Of a stretch of DNA of 64,000 bases, positions 12,378 through 26,119 are shown in pieces (the first letter of the stretch is position 1; each line of letters starts with the position of its first letter). Location: contig NC_091470.1 in assembly GCF_036971445.1 (NCBI RefSeq), forward strand, positions 65,658,001 through 65,722,000, given 5' to 3'. The notes below the pieces were generated by a model. That model did no database searches. It saw only the letters and a program-made list of their open reading frames with translations, and had not been told where the DNA came from. The stretch comes from Narcine bancroftii. Taxonomy: Eukaryota. Both the position numbers and the translations under genes were made by a program.

Positions 12378-13041
12378 CCTCACAAAGATAAGCGTATACA
12401 GAGCCGTTGTCATACCCACACTCCTGTTCGGCTCCGAATCATGGGTCCTCTACCGGCACCACCTACGGCTCCTAGAACGCTTCCACCAGCGTTGTCTCCG
12501 CTCCATCCTCAACATCCATTGGAGCGCTTACATCCCTAACGTCGAAGTACTCGAGATGGCAGAGGTCGACAGCATCGAGTCCACGCTGCTGAAGATCCAG
12601 CTGCGCTGGATGGGTCACGTCTCCAGAATGGAGGACCATCGCCTTCCCAAGATCGTGTTATATGGCGAGCTCTCCACTGGCCACCGTGACAGAGGTGCAC
12701 CAAAGAAAAGGTACAAGGACTGCCTAAAGAAATCTCTTGGTGCCTGCCACATTGACCACCGCCAGTGGGCTGATAACGCCTCAAACCGTGCATCTTGGCG
12801 CCTCACAGTTTGGCGGGCAGCAGCCTCCTTTGAAGAAGACCGCAGAGCCCACCTCACTGACAAAAGGCAAAGGAGGAAAAACCCAACACCCAACCCCAAC
12901 CAACCAATTTTCCCTTGCAACCGCTGCAATCGTGTCTGCCTGTCCCGCATCGGACTTGTCAGCCACAAACGAGCCTGCAGCTGACGTGGACTTTTTACCC
13001 CCTCCATAAATCTTCGTCCGCGAAGCCAAGCCAAAGAAGAA
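12378..13041 (+). mobile_element. RTE-clade LINE copy 3, 5'-truncated
   Basis: 14-bp TSD GTATGGGATGATAA at 12364-77 and 13042-55; (GAA)n tail; inserted in a Rex1-like 3' end. Confidence 0.95.
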
Positions 13042-14155
13042 GTATGGGATGATAAGATGGACTCTGCGAGACTGCTCGCAAAACAAATCTTCTCACTTCA
13101 CCTTGGTATATGTGACAATAAATTCTAATTTGAGCATGTACATAGGTTGTAATGAAAATTAATCAAAAGCTGGCTTGAGGCTATTTTAAAACATCAGGAT
13201 GCATTTATTACAAAAAAGAGATACTGCTGTCTTAACAGAGAAATTATAAATAAATGGGTTTGTTGTTTATGTCTGTGCACCATAGCTACTAGCTGTTGTC
13301 AACCAAGCAGATAATATAGTAAAATATCCATTATCCTGCACTATATCAACCAGAAACTCAAACAACAGGCAAAAATGTAGAGTGAGTAAATAAATAAATA
13401 AAGTTTTAAATTAAAGGTTAAAAAAAACATTATGGATAGGCTCGTGAGAAGGAAAACATCTGAGAGAGACCCAAAGAAAACTTTTTCACTCAGTGCATTG
13501 TCCATACCTGGAATAAGCTGGCAGTGGAATCTGCAGAAGCAGGTATAATATTGACATTCAAAAGACATTTGGACAGATGTATGGATAGGATAGATTTAGA
13601 AGGTTATGGGCCAAATACAGTAAAACTGGGCTAACCCAGAATGCCAACTTGTTTGGCATGGACAAGTTGGGCCAAAGAACCATGTCAGAAACTCCAGGGC
13701 TCTATTCACTCCTCTGGATGTTATCTCCTCCACATTGGTAAGATCAAGCAAAAAGAGGGTGATTGATTTGCAGTATACTTTTATTGTCAGAGGCATCTCC
13801 TTTCAAATAAGATGTTAAATTAAGGTCTTTATTGCTCTATTCAAATAGATATAATAGAATCCACAGTACAGTACATTTCCAATTACACAAAACGCTCGGG
13901 ACCAGACATGTATCAGTTAAGGCAATTTCCAGATATCTGAGAAATGGCTTTAAGCAGCCCAGTTTATGCAGCAAAATACTTGTATCGGCTGTTGCCGATC
14001 CCAACATCTTCCCACCGCCTTCACTGAACTTGCCCAGGAGCCTGAGGACCCCACTCCGATCCCAAACACCTCCCCAGTGCCATCACTGAACATGCCTGGG
14101 AGCCCAAGGTCCCTGTTCCAATCCAAGCCCAGTAACATAAGCCTAATACTTGTAT

Positions 14156-17100
14156 TGTAGCGGCCCATGCACAGAGACATGGACCAGCCTGCAAAACGGT
14201 CAATGAACGCAACCACCGCGCGGACCTGGGGGTAACACCAGCCATCGTCCCAGGTGATCTCTGCACGGCAGGAAGTCGGGGAACTCTGGCAGAAATGTCA
14301 GCCAACCCGAGGCTGGGGATCCGATGACACGGGGCCCTGACGTCAGCGACAGGGGCCCATATAAGCAGACCTACCAGTGCAATAAATCAGTGTGTGTGTT
14401 TTCTTTCCACATTTTGCGGTGACCCCGACAAGTTCAACCGACAGTTGGACCTAAAGATGACAGATCAAGCGGAGCCAGCGACCATCCACGTGGTCTCTGT
14501 CAGGCTGCCAAGGTTTCTGGGTGTCACAGCCACACATTTGGTTCGAGCTGGCCGAGACTCAATTCCAGCTTCGTCACATCACTGTCGCTGACATCTGCAA
14601 TTTCTACGTCGTGAGCTCCCTCGATCACGACACAGTGGCAAGGGTCGTAGATTTCCTATGGTAGCCTCCAAATACATGGCCCTCAGAGCTAATAACCCAG
14701 ACTTTCAGGCTTTCCCGGCGCGAGCACACCGTCCGATTGCTGCATATGGATGGATTGGAGGACAGGCCCCGTCCGCCCTAATGAGCGAGATGACAAAGAC
14801 TTAAGCAACACTTGGAGGGTCACTGCCCAGGCAGACATGCTCTGGAGAGCAAAGGACACTGGCAAGCACGACGAAAAACCCTCGGCGAGATCAAGACCAA
14901 CGGAGGCAAGCGAACACTATGGGATAGCTAAGCTACTACCATCAGCAATGGGATGCAGAGACCCATCAATGCTGTCCACCCTGTGGGTTTTTAGGAAACA
15001 CCATGGCCAACCACTGTTAATGGCTGTGGCACTTGGCTCACATGATAGCCTCTTCTACATCTGACACTCCTTGTTGGGCAGGCGTTTCCTGGTCAACACT
15101 GGCACCGAGATTAGCATCCTACCCTCATAGGCCTCGACACCTGCAGCAGCAAGCAGGGCCCAACACTGACGGCAGCCAACAGCTCCTGCATTCGAATTTT
15201 CAGGACCTGCACCACCCCCCTTCGTTTCAGAAAATGCCACTTTACGTGGACCTTTACCCTTGCGGCAGTGGCGCAACCACTCCTGGGGTCCGACTTCCTT
15301 CGGTCCCACTGTTTGCTGGTCAACCTCGAGGGACGGTGCTTGGTGCACACCAGAACTTTTCAAACTCTGCCTCTGGGGGAAGCCAAACTACCCACCCCCT
15401 ACCTGGACTCTATAACACTCTCGGACAATGAATTCGCCCGCATCCTGGCGGAGTTCCCCTCGATTGTGGCACCACAGTTCTCTGTGGCTGAGCCAAAGCA
15501 CAGGGTAAGGCACCACATACTGACCGAAGGTCTCCCGCTCTACACCAGGGCACATCAACTCCCTCCAAAAAAGTTCAGATCTGGCAAAGGATGAGTTTAA
15601 AAAGATGGAGGAGCTGGGGATTGTGCAGCGATCTGACAGTCCCAGGGCCTCTCCCCTCCATATGGGGGTTGGAGACCACGGGGCAACTACCTCCGCCTCA
15701 ACGAGGCCACCACGCCTGACAGATATCCCATGCCCCACCTCCAAGACTTTGCCACCAACCTGCACAGAGTTTGGGTGTTCTCCATGAACTTCATCCGGGG
15801 GTATCACCAAATCCCAATTCGACCCCAAGACTAAAATCATAATTCCCTTTGGTTTGTTTGAATTTCTCCACATGTCCTTCAGTCTAAAGAACGCGACACA
15901 AACTTTTCAGCAGCTGATGGACGCAGAGGCCCATTTACGTTCAGCTATTTGGACGATATCCTCATCGCCAGCCACAGCCACAAAGTCCACGCCATCCACC
16001 TGATACAACTGTGTACCTGTCTGAGCAAGTTCGGGCTGACCATCAACCCAGCTAAGTGACAGTTTAGTATGGACACCATCAATTTCCTGGGGAACAAGAT
16101 TAACAGGCACAGGGCCACACCCTTCCCCAGGAAGGTTGAGATTGTCCAGCACTTCACGAAGCCACGCACAGTAAAAGGACTGCAGGAATTCACCGGTATG
16201 ATAAACTGTTAACACAGGTTCATACTGGCAGCGGCACAAATCATGCACTGATGACCAGCAAGGCAAAAGAATTTGCTTGGGTCGAGGAATCCTCTAGGGC
16301 GTTCCAGAATGCTAATGACATGCTGGCCAGCGCCACCCTCCTGGTCCACCCGAGACCAGAGGCACCTAACACTTTAACTGTCGACACCTCCAGGACAGCA
16401 ATAGGCGGCGTGCTAGAACAACTCATCGAGGGCAAGTGGCAACCCCTGGCCTTCTTCAGCAGGTTCACACGAAAGGCCCCACACAGACATTTGAGCCGGC
16501 ACGTCACAGGTTCAGCCGCGTGCACATTGACTTGGTGGGTTCATTACCAGTTTCCCGTGGAACAAGATACCCCTTATCCATGGTGGACCATTCCACAAGG
16601 TGGTTGGAGGCAGCCCCACTGGCTAATACTGCCACTGAAACCTGTGCCAGGGCACTCATTGACACATGGGTGTCCAGATTCAGGGTCCCAGAGCACCTCT
16701 CCTCAGACAGCCATAGGGGGTCACAATTCACATCCGGGCTCTGCTGGCTAACTTTCTGGGGGGGCGCAGCTCCACCATACCACAGCGTATCACCTGCAGG
16801 CCATTAGATTGGTGGAGCACTTCCACAGGCACCTCAAGGCAGTCTTAATGGCCGGTTCAAGGGTCCCAACTGAGTGGACGAACTGCCTAGGGTTCTGTTG
16901 TGAATTCACACCACGCCGAAGGAGGACTTGAATGCAGTGGAGATGGTCTATGGCTCACCTTTAATCATCCCCGGGGAGTTCTTGGCCATGATAAACACCC
17001 GGAAGACCTTGTAGTGACCTACAAAAGCCTGCAGTGAAAGCTGGGGTCCTTGGCCCAACGGCAACTCCCACCGCACGCCCATCCCAAGCGTCCCAAAGGA

Positions 17101-17650
17101 CTTTCCAGTACGTGTTCATGAGGAGGAGCGCACACATACCACTATTATAATTATCCTATGAAGGGCCCTACAAGGTCATTAGAAACAGTGGTTCTACCTT
17201 TGTCCACGACAATGACGGTAAGGAGGAGACCTTTACTGTCAACTGCCTGAAACCGTCATATCTGAACTGTAACGAGCTGGTCTCCACTCCTCCCCCGCGA
17301 TGCAGGGGCAGGCCACCGAAGGCTACAGACAATGGCCTGGTCACCTGTTCTGGGGGGGAGGGGTGGGTTGTGTAGCAGCCCGTTCACGGAGACACACACC
17401 AACCCACAAAATGGCCGATGAACGCAGCGACCGTGCAGACCGGGGGATAACACCAGCCATCGTTCCAGGTGACTTCTACCCGGTGGAAAGATGGGGAATG
17501 CCGGCCAACCCAAGGCAGGCACTCCGATGATGCGGGGCCCTTACGTCAGCGACAGGAGCTCATATAAGCGGAGCTACTAGTGCAATAAATCAGTCTTCGA
17601 CTCCTCATATGTGTCTTCTTCCTACACTTCATGGTAGCACGCACGCTATT
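14156..17650 (+). mobile_element. Decayed Gypsy/Ty3 LTR retrotransposon (LTRs ~14156-14415 and 17371-17650)
   Basis: paired TGTAGC-starting LTRs with TATA and AATAAA; PBS GGTGACCCCGAC (tRNA-Trp type) 14418-29; PPT 17350-70; broken gag, protease, RT (YLDDILIAS), RNase H (WQPLAFFS) and integrase (VHIDLVG, RGSQFTS); TSD (T)GTAT. Confidence 0.92.
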
Positions 17651-17734
17651 GTATCAATAGCTAAAATGACAACAAAGAACAAGGGAAGGTTTTTCAAGCA
17701 CATGAAATAAAGTTTATTTCTTACATAAAAGTTC

Positions 17735-17889
17735 AATTGGATTCAAAGTGGTGCTAACAGGGCATCAGCGTCCCACTTGAGTACACGAGCTCTGTTGGAT
17801 TCAAAATGGCGCTAACAGTGCACTTGAGTATATAAGAGCTCCATTGGATTCAAAATGGTGCTAACAGCATGTCAGAGTCCCACTTGAGC
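17735..17889 (+). repeat. ~3 imperfect 48-58-bp tandem units (TTGGATTCAAA.TGG.GCTAACAG...CACTTGAG)
   Basis: unit starts near 17737, 17795 and 17843, inside the MITE. Confidence 0.8.
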
Positions 17890-18456
17890 CTGGCAGGTTA
17901 AAGAAAAAATTTCAATTTTTTTCAACTTGTGACATCATGTCACAGCCCAAAGTTTTTGAGGATAATTGAGAATTTCGGTAAAGTGATTTTCGGATCATCT
18001 GAAATGTAATGTCCTTTCTAACAAGGACATGATGTTCCGACCAATCTTTATTTCTTAAATAATCATCAATTTAAAAACAAAGAAAATTATCAGGACATTA
18101 GCACATTGCTGTTCCGAGAGTTTGCAATCAGGCTTTGTAGCTTAATTTATAAATGGCTAGAAAATTATTTGGAACATTGGGTTCTTCAAAAACCTTACCT
18201 GCTACATCTTTTCTTCAACTGAGATGGACTCCAAAAAAGTTACGATGTATTAACTAATATGGATGCGAGTTTAACGTACACCTTCTACAAGTACACTGAG
18301 CCAGCTCATCAAAGGCATATTAAAAATGTGATTAAGTTTCAAGAAACAACTCTAAAACTGTATATACAAATTATATTACTGAATAGGGATTTACTGAAGA
18401 TATACGTGTTCTAATTGTTTATTTCCCTATGTCAGAAAGATCGCTTTGCAACTTAC

Positions 18457-18520
18457 CGCTGAATAGCTTTAATTGCTTCTTTTTGTCCTCCAGTATAGTG
18501 GGAAATCAAAACATCATTTT
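18457..18520 (-). CDS. KIAA0586: KIAA0586 coding exon 4 (64 nt, ENDVLISHYTGGQKEAIKAIQR)
   Basis: matches human ANDIFISQYTMGQKDALR; tttcag acceptor, CG|GTAAGT donor, phase 1->2. Confidence 0.9.
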
Positions 18521-21500
18521 CTGAAAGACATAAAAATTAAATTATACTTTTATGGAGTGACCAAAGCAGGCGTTGTCATTTTTCTATTTTACTTGCCTGC
18601 AATGTACACGACAGCAAACCAAAAGGATTGCAAGATATAATCAAAATACGACTGACATAAGGAATAAAAATTTAGTGCAATATTCTATGCTCTCATTTTT
18701 TTTACTTCACTGAAGGGCAAATATTTTGCTTCCTAACAACATGTACAAGTGGAATTAGAAACAAGCTTTCATATTTCTTCTTCAGCTCATAAGTAGATTT
18801 AGATTTATTATTATCACACGTACCAAGATAGTGAAAAGCTTTCTATTGTGTGACAAAGGCAAGCATAAGAAGAGGGAAAATAAACACCATGCTCTGTTGC
18901 CATTTTGTTAAAAAATGAGAAAAAGGAAAGAGAGTTCCTTCAGAGATCGCGAGTATTCGAAGATCACACTGCATCAACCTATGCAACTGTTTTCGTCCCC
19001 CACAGAGCCCTGTATACAGTTCAACAATGGAGAAAGTTACTGATGATAGAAGAACGATAAATTCTATTCACAGTTCTTCAGCAAATTAGACCATGCCAGA
19101 ATACAACAAGACTAAGACAATGTTCAGGCATGGGCTTATCAATGTCAGACAACTTTTGTATAATAACAAATACAGACAATGAACAATTCCAAAAAGTGCA
19201 TGTCTAACTACCTGTTCTTGATGTTCATAACATCGCCTCTATTGTGGCATTATCACTATGATCATCCTGGGGATAACCATTGAACAAATCCAATCACATC
19301 CCAACCACACCAAGGCAATCAAAAACCATGGCTAAAAGACTAGGTCAGAAGCACGTTTTCCTGCATCAAATCTCCTGATAGCACAAAGCCTTGTTAATAT
19401 CTACATAGCACATCAATGGAATGAGAAAATACTTTCCAACAGTTTATTCAACGGACAGTCTGCTTGATTAGCCCCTATCTGCCTGACAAAATATTTTTCC
19501 CCTTTACCATCAGGGGACTATTTCTGCAGTGTCCTATCCATCAAAAAAAAAGGGCAGCAAATGCATTGGAACACAAGCCCTTGGAGGTAATTCTCCAAGT
19601 CACACACCACCTTTCCATCACTTCAGGTGTTTAAATCCTGAACACCATATCCAATAGCTTACTGCCACCTTCAGGTACGATTAGGGTTGGGCACCAAAAT
19701 TGGAAAATTGAATAACCTAAAAACTGAAAACAGAGCTTGGAATGTATATCAATAGATTCTTAAAGATAGCAGGAGAGGTCAATATAGTGGTTAAAATGCA
19801 TTTGTGGTGTTCTCCTTTCTTCAAAGTAATAAAGAACAAGCACAGAAAGGTTTTGCTAGATCTATATGCTACACTAGCTTGCAATTAATTCGATTTAAAC
19901 CACTGCAGGAAAGATGCGATTACATTGGTGAAAGTGTAGTGGTGATTTAAGATGAGCTTTATTCTGGAAAAGGTTGAAAATTCAGTAATATACTATTTGG
20001 AGACATTGAAGATTATTAAATTAGAGCTGCATGAATTTATGACAGGGAAATCATGTTTGAATTGAAGTTGAAATAAACAGGTAAATACAGACTTTGTTCA
20101 CTGCAAATTTAGAGTGCTGACATTACAATGGTCCCGATGGGAGGGCCAAAAAGGATCATGAGAGTAGAGCTGATAAGATCTCAGAGTTCCAGTAGTCATT
20201 TAGTTGGTTCTACTCATTTTCTACTTTGCATGGTTCTTTTGCTCGCTGAGTGCCTAGTGTGACTACATCGGCTGGATTTTGAAGATTTGGCTGAGAGAGC
20301 ACTTTGAGTGTTTTAATACATTGGGAGGGAGAAAAATCACAACCAGCCTATCAACTGCAAGTTTTGTGTTGGGGTTGAGATCCTAATCTTCAAAAGTCCT
20401 TTTCCTCAGTTAGTCAAGTTCTGCCAGCACAATAAAGGCAATGGTGAATTTCAATTTGAATTGGGAAATGATCCATGAAGTAGTGAATCTTTGGAATTTT
20501 CTCTACTCAAATGAGCTATGAAAATTTGCTCAGTTTATTCAAGACAGATATTGGATATTCGGAGAATGAAGTAAAATAATGCTCAGCAATAATTTCTTCA
20601 ATGACACAGCAGGCACAAAACTCAGTGGTCTAGATTTGCTTCTATTTCTTATGTTCTAAGGCCCCTAGATAAAAATAATTCCCTTAGATGATGGGCCAAA
20701 ATAAAAACAACAGGCATTGTTTGAATGAAGTTACTGAGAGACTAATTATAACTTCATTTTTTTCACTCTTCTCAGGATGGTGTGGTTTAAAACAATCTAG
20801 AAAGGCAGTTGAAACAGAAACTTTCGTAATTTCCTTCAATTCATGTTTGGGAGATCAGAATACAGTAGTTTCCAAATGGATGGAAACAAGACATGCAAAG
20901 CAAGCAGAGTATTCTGGGAATGAATGTATGGGTTTTCTCTGGGGGCTTCAGTTTCCTCCCACCATTCAAAAACATACTGGGAGTGTAGATTAATGGTGTA
21001 TAAATGTCTAAAAAAAATACAAAAGGCTGATGGGATATTTGCCTTTAACTCAAAAAGTTTGTAATGCAAGGGTAGAGATTTATAATATAAAGTATTGTAA
21101 TGAGTTCAGATACTTTACTCCAAGAAATATTTACTGACTTTATAAAAGATAAAGTACAAGTTCATCGGATTACAATCAAACAAGACTACATGGGCAGGTT
21201 GATCCTTCAGCGCAAAGATTAATACAGAATAATTTGAAAGGATATAATAAATGAGGGACTCGTAGACACAGGATAATAAACACAAAAATAAAACTAGTTT
21301 TTTCACAAGCATGGAAATTTGGAATAATGACAATTAAAATAGAAGTGTAGCTGGGTCCATTAAAAAAAATTTCAAGACTACATTGTTGTAGGATAACCAT
21401 AGATAATCAACTAATTATTAGATTAGGATACATCAAGTTAAGTTGTAGATCTGGGCCTCATCCTTTTCCTCATTTCTGCTTTCAAAATTCAAATATTGTA

Positions 21501-21950
21501 ACACAACGAATACCCAATTTGAAGGTAAAAACACCCAAAAAAAGCAGTAATGAATCTTATTAACCAATTTATTCCTCGGAAATTGATTTTGCGATGGATT
21601 GAAGATTATGACTGTTCACAGCAAACCAAGGCCAAGTTGGTCATCCAGGTTTTAATGGTAGGATTGATAGGAGAAAGAAGTAAACAAAACTAGCATAGGA
21701 ACAGATGACCACAGAGAGCAAGAGCTGGGAGGAGAGAGAGAATTTTTTTCCCACAGCCACTGTGTTCTGGGAAATTATTCCCATTTTTCCAGAATGCATG
21801 CTGTGTTAAAAGCTCTGAATCAGAATGTGGGTGCCATTCCAGTTCCGACATTTTTTCCTCCAAGACCCCTTGTCATTTTCCCAGAACGCCTGCAATGTAA
21901 ACTGCTCTGCAAGCATTCTGTGACCAACTCAGGTCAAAGTGTATTGTGTA

Positions 21951-23108
21951 CCATAATTTTCTTAGTATATTTGTAATTTTTTTTAGTGCTGCCTGCTCTC
22001 TCCCACGGCCCACTGTCCTGGCGGTCCACTGCCAGTTCTCTCCCACAGACCACTGTCTTGGCTGTCTGCTGCCCACTTTCTCCCATGGTCAGCTGCTTAC
22101 TCTCTGTTGCTATGGGCTGCTAAGCCCAAACCCTATCCCAAATCCCACACCTCACCCTCACCCTAAGGTGTGAATATAAGATCACCCTCTATGCAAACAA
22201 TAAACTTACCCCACGACATACCAAAATGCACAAATGATCCCACTAAAAGCTAGAAACAGGCACAGGGTAATGAAAGCATGGGCCAACCAAAAGTGGCCAT
22301 TTATAGTGACACAGAATTTATGTGAGAGGAGCCCATTGAATACGAGAGGGATTATTATCCTGCTGCTCACATATTGACAAACTAACCTGAACCCTAACCC
22401 TAGATTTGACACTAGGTCTGCCAGATTGTGAGAGCAGTCACAAAGCATAAAGGTTTGACAGTGGGTCTGCCAGACTGTGAACAAGCTGGTCTGTGGGCTT
22501 GTCCTCTTTGAACAGTCTGAAGCCTACCACCCCACTCCCCCACCAACAGCCCACCACCAGCCCCCAACGAAGGGATTACTTAAGGTAGTATGTGAGTGGA
22601 AATAAAAAGTTTGAAATACACTTCTTTCAATCAATACTTGCAGTGCTTTTCCACACTCTTTTTGTAAATTGTGCATGTATGTTATTAAATTATGCATGTT
22701 TTTCCTATGCCCCTTTATATATATTGTGCATGTAGGTCTTATTAAATTGTGCGTGTTTATCCCACATTCCTTTATATATGGTGCTTGTGCCTTATTAAAT
22801 AAATTGTTCATTTTTTACCACACTCTTTTACACATTGTGCACGTATGCACTTTATTCCCATGGTCTTCTATTAATTGTTGTGTTTTAATAAAAGTAACAT
22901 TTGATAGCAAACCCTATTGTCCAGACTCATCTCTCACAGACCTGATACCTTCTCAACATAACAATGACCAGTGCAGGGACCGACAGAGTTACTGTCTGTG
23001 TCACTCACCATTATCACCCTAACTTCAACCTGGCATATAAAACCAGGGGAAAGTTTTTGAACCATTTTTTGTGAAAAACAAATGGATCTAACATGCCGTC
23101 AAATACGG
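21951..23108. mobile_element. Possible degenerate mariner/pogo-type non-autonomous element
   Basis: TA|CCATAATTTT start and AAATACGG|TA end; low-complexity interior. Confidence 0.4.
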
Positions 23109-23657
23109 TATGTTATACATGACATTAGACGTAGTGCCGACACTTTTGAGTTACATGTCCAGCCCCTTTTGTTCATGGAATGTTGGTATGCTGTCTAAAA
23201 TCATGGACAGAAACAGTTCCTGTGTGATCGACCAATGCCAGGATATCGGAGACTCTTCATAATGGTTAAATCCTGTGAAGTCTATGTAAAAATCATAAAA
23301 GAGAGATACACACATGTAGTCTGCTTAACCTGGCAAGTATTCTTATTAACAATTCTCAGACATAAATGTTAACATTTTAAAAATCAACATTTCAGACATA
23401 ATTTTTTTTTAAATTTTAAGTGCTTAGGTGTTCCAACCATAATTTGAGTTCTGAAGCAGAGCTGGAATATTTACCGATATTTCAAGTCTAATGGGAGACA
23501 CTTTTGGAATTTATGCAATGTCGTTAAACACATTTCGATCTGGAATGTTACTCCTTTGTGAATAGAGGAATACCTGTATGGTAATGTGGGTCAAATGCAT
23601 ATTGTTACATTCTCAGAATATCAATGAAACAGCTTGATGGGTGTGCCTTTATCATAC

Positions 23658-23733
23658 CTTTGAGTCTGCTGCCATCTGCTGCTGTTGTTGGAAGGTCTTC
23701 CACAGTTCCACGATGAACATTTAAATTTGCACA
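23658..23733 (-). CDS. KIAA0586: KIAA0586 coding exon 3 (76 nt, CANLNVHRGTVEDLPTTAADGSRLK)
   Basis: poly-T tract plus ccag acceptor, AAG|GTATGA donor, phase 0->1 links exons 2 and 4. Confidence 0.65.
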
Positions 23734-24289
23734 CTGGTTGAATATAACAAAAAAAAACTTTCAGTTTCATGTGCATCAAAAAAGCATCAAGAAGGTTTTT
23801 TTTTAAATTACTTTGTTCAGGATGGAAACATTGGGTGTAGTGGTAGTGAAGAGATTGGAGAGGGAATAAACATGCCAGACATTCCCTCCCTTTTCCATGT
23901 TCTGCCACAACTCTCTTCCCCATCACTCGGCATCAACTTTCCCTCTCTATATCACCAAAATCAGGGCCAGGTCTCTTTCTTACAGTTAGTGGACATTGGC
24001 ACAACAGGCAAACCTTCACTCCCATAATTGAATGCAGTGAATGTAAAGACACTGGTTGACGGTGCTTCTCTGACAAGGGATGGGTCCGTCTTCGATGATA
24101 CGAGGAACTAATTTTCCAGCATTCTAGTTTGCATTTCCAAGCTTTTACCTAACTTTCACATGACTGACTGACTGCCTTTTTATTATTTCCACAAAATACA
24201 GGCTATTATTCTATTTTTAAATAAATACCATAACATTTATTTGAAATAAAAAATATATAAAAATCTAAAAAACACTGGTGAGACCTTTC

Positions 24290-26100
24290 TTGGAGAACTG
24301 TGTAGTTTTGAGAAAAGACATGCTGACATTATAGAGGGTTCAGAGAAGACTTACTAGAATGATACCAGGAATGAAACAATTAGCACATGAGGAACATTTG
24401 TCGGCTCTTGGGCTGTACTTGTTGGAGTACAGAAGGATGAGGGGGGAATCTCAGAGGCATTTTGAATGCTAAAAGGCCTAGACAGAGTAGATGTGGCAAG
24501 GGTGCTTCCTATGGTAAGGCAGTCTAGGACAAGGGGGCACAACTTCAGGATAAAAAAAGCATCAATTTAAAACAGAAATGCGGAAATTTTTCATTAGTCC
24601 AAGGGTCGTGAATCTATGGTACTTGATGCCTCAGACAAGGCGGAGACTGACGAGCATTTGATTAGTCAGGGCATCAAGGGTTACAGGGAGAAAGCTAGAG
24701 AGTAGGGCTGAGTGGGAGAATGGATCAGCTCATGATTAGAATGCCTAATGGGCCTACTTCTATTCCTACATCTTGTGAACTTCTATCTGCGACTACTTCC
24801 TTTGAATTTGCATTCAACATAAATTCCTATCTTTGCACCTGTATTAGTAAATGAATTGCTGATACATGGTTCAAACAAGAAAGCCAATTTCAACATCATA
24901 AGACAAGCCACAATAAAAGTAGACATAGCAGCTAATTGAAGGTAGACCTACATCACACCAGTAGGAGTCATTCAAGTCATTCTTTTCCCATAAGACTGAA
25001 AAAAATATGTAAATCAGACCAAAGGAGATGTCAAAGATATTGAGGACATCTGAAAGAAAAGTTAGCATATGGCAGATTAAGAGAACAGAAGAGCACCTTC
25101 AGGAGTATAAATTGTGGACAGGTACTTAGAAATTAGATGGAATGTAATATCACTGGTCAACAAAATTAAGGAAAATCCCAAATCATTTGATAAGTTTATC
25201 AACAGCAAGAGAAAAACCAAGAAATGAGAAGGGGCCAACAGGGACCAAAGAGGAAATCTGTGCATGGAGTGAAGCTTTAAATTTGAAGGGTGTCCACAGA
25301 ACAAAGATGTGGAGGAATTTATTTAGCTAGAGGGTGGTGAATTTGTGGAATTTGTTGCCACAGATGGTTGTGGAGGCCAAATCATTGGGTGTATTTAAGG
25401 GAGGGATTGATAGGTTCTTGATTAGCCAAGGCAACAAAGGTTATGGGGACAAGGACAGGTAATGGGGCTGAGTGAGAAAATGGATCAGCACATGGTTGAA
25501 TGACAACGCAAACTTGATGGGCTAAATAGCCTATTTCTGATCCTATGTCTTATAGTTTAAATCCTTTTCACACAAAAAAAGACATTGTACTTGGAGATTT
25601 CAGGGGAGATATTGAAAAGGAGGTAATGGATGTCTTAAAGCTCAATAAATGCTCAGGGATCTTAGACTGTATGGGAGGCAAGGGAGAGATTGCTGTCACC
25701 CTACAAGGGGTTTTTAAATCTTTGCTGGCTTCTGTAAAAGACAAAGACAACAGCCCTTATTCAAAAGGGAAGCAGAGATAAATCAAGTAATTACTGATCT
25801 GCAAATCAATGTTAATGGTGGGAAAGTTATTTGGAAAAATTCAGAGGAATAGAATTAGTCTGCTTTTTTTTTTATTTACAGGCAAACATAAATCAAATAT
25901 ATACTGCATGATTTTATTAGGGGGAGGGTCCTGTCCGACCTGTTTGATTACATTTCTCCAAAGAGGGAACAATATTTGTACAGAAGACATCAATAAAGCC
26001 TTCGATAAGTCCCGTAAAGGAGACACATCCAAAAGATTAGAGCCAATGGGATTCAAGGAAAGTTGGCAAATTGAATCCAATTAAACTGGAAAGTCAGCAG
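24290..26100 (+). mobile_element. CR1-type LINE fragments (several, nested)
   Basis: CR1 3' motifs (GGGTTCAGAGAAGA..., GTGAATTTGTGGAATT...) and RT remnant INKAFDK. Confidence 0.7.
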
Positions 26101-26119
26101 GCGCTGAGGCTATACTGCA

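Larger units (their letters stand above)
13869..18011. mobile_element. Pogo/Tigger-like MITE split by the Gypsy insertion
   Basis: TA|CAGTACATTTCCAATTACACAAAA at left versus reverse complement of right end CATTACATTTCAGATGATCCGAAAA. Confidence 0.55.

Noticed and set aside
22385-22405. Interstitial telomeric repeat (CCCTAA)
   Set aside because: Only about two units, inside a low-complexity transposon interior.
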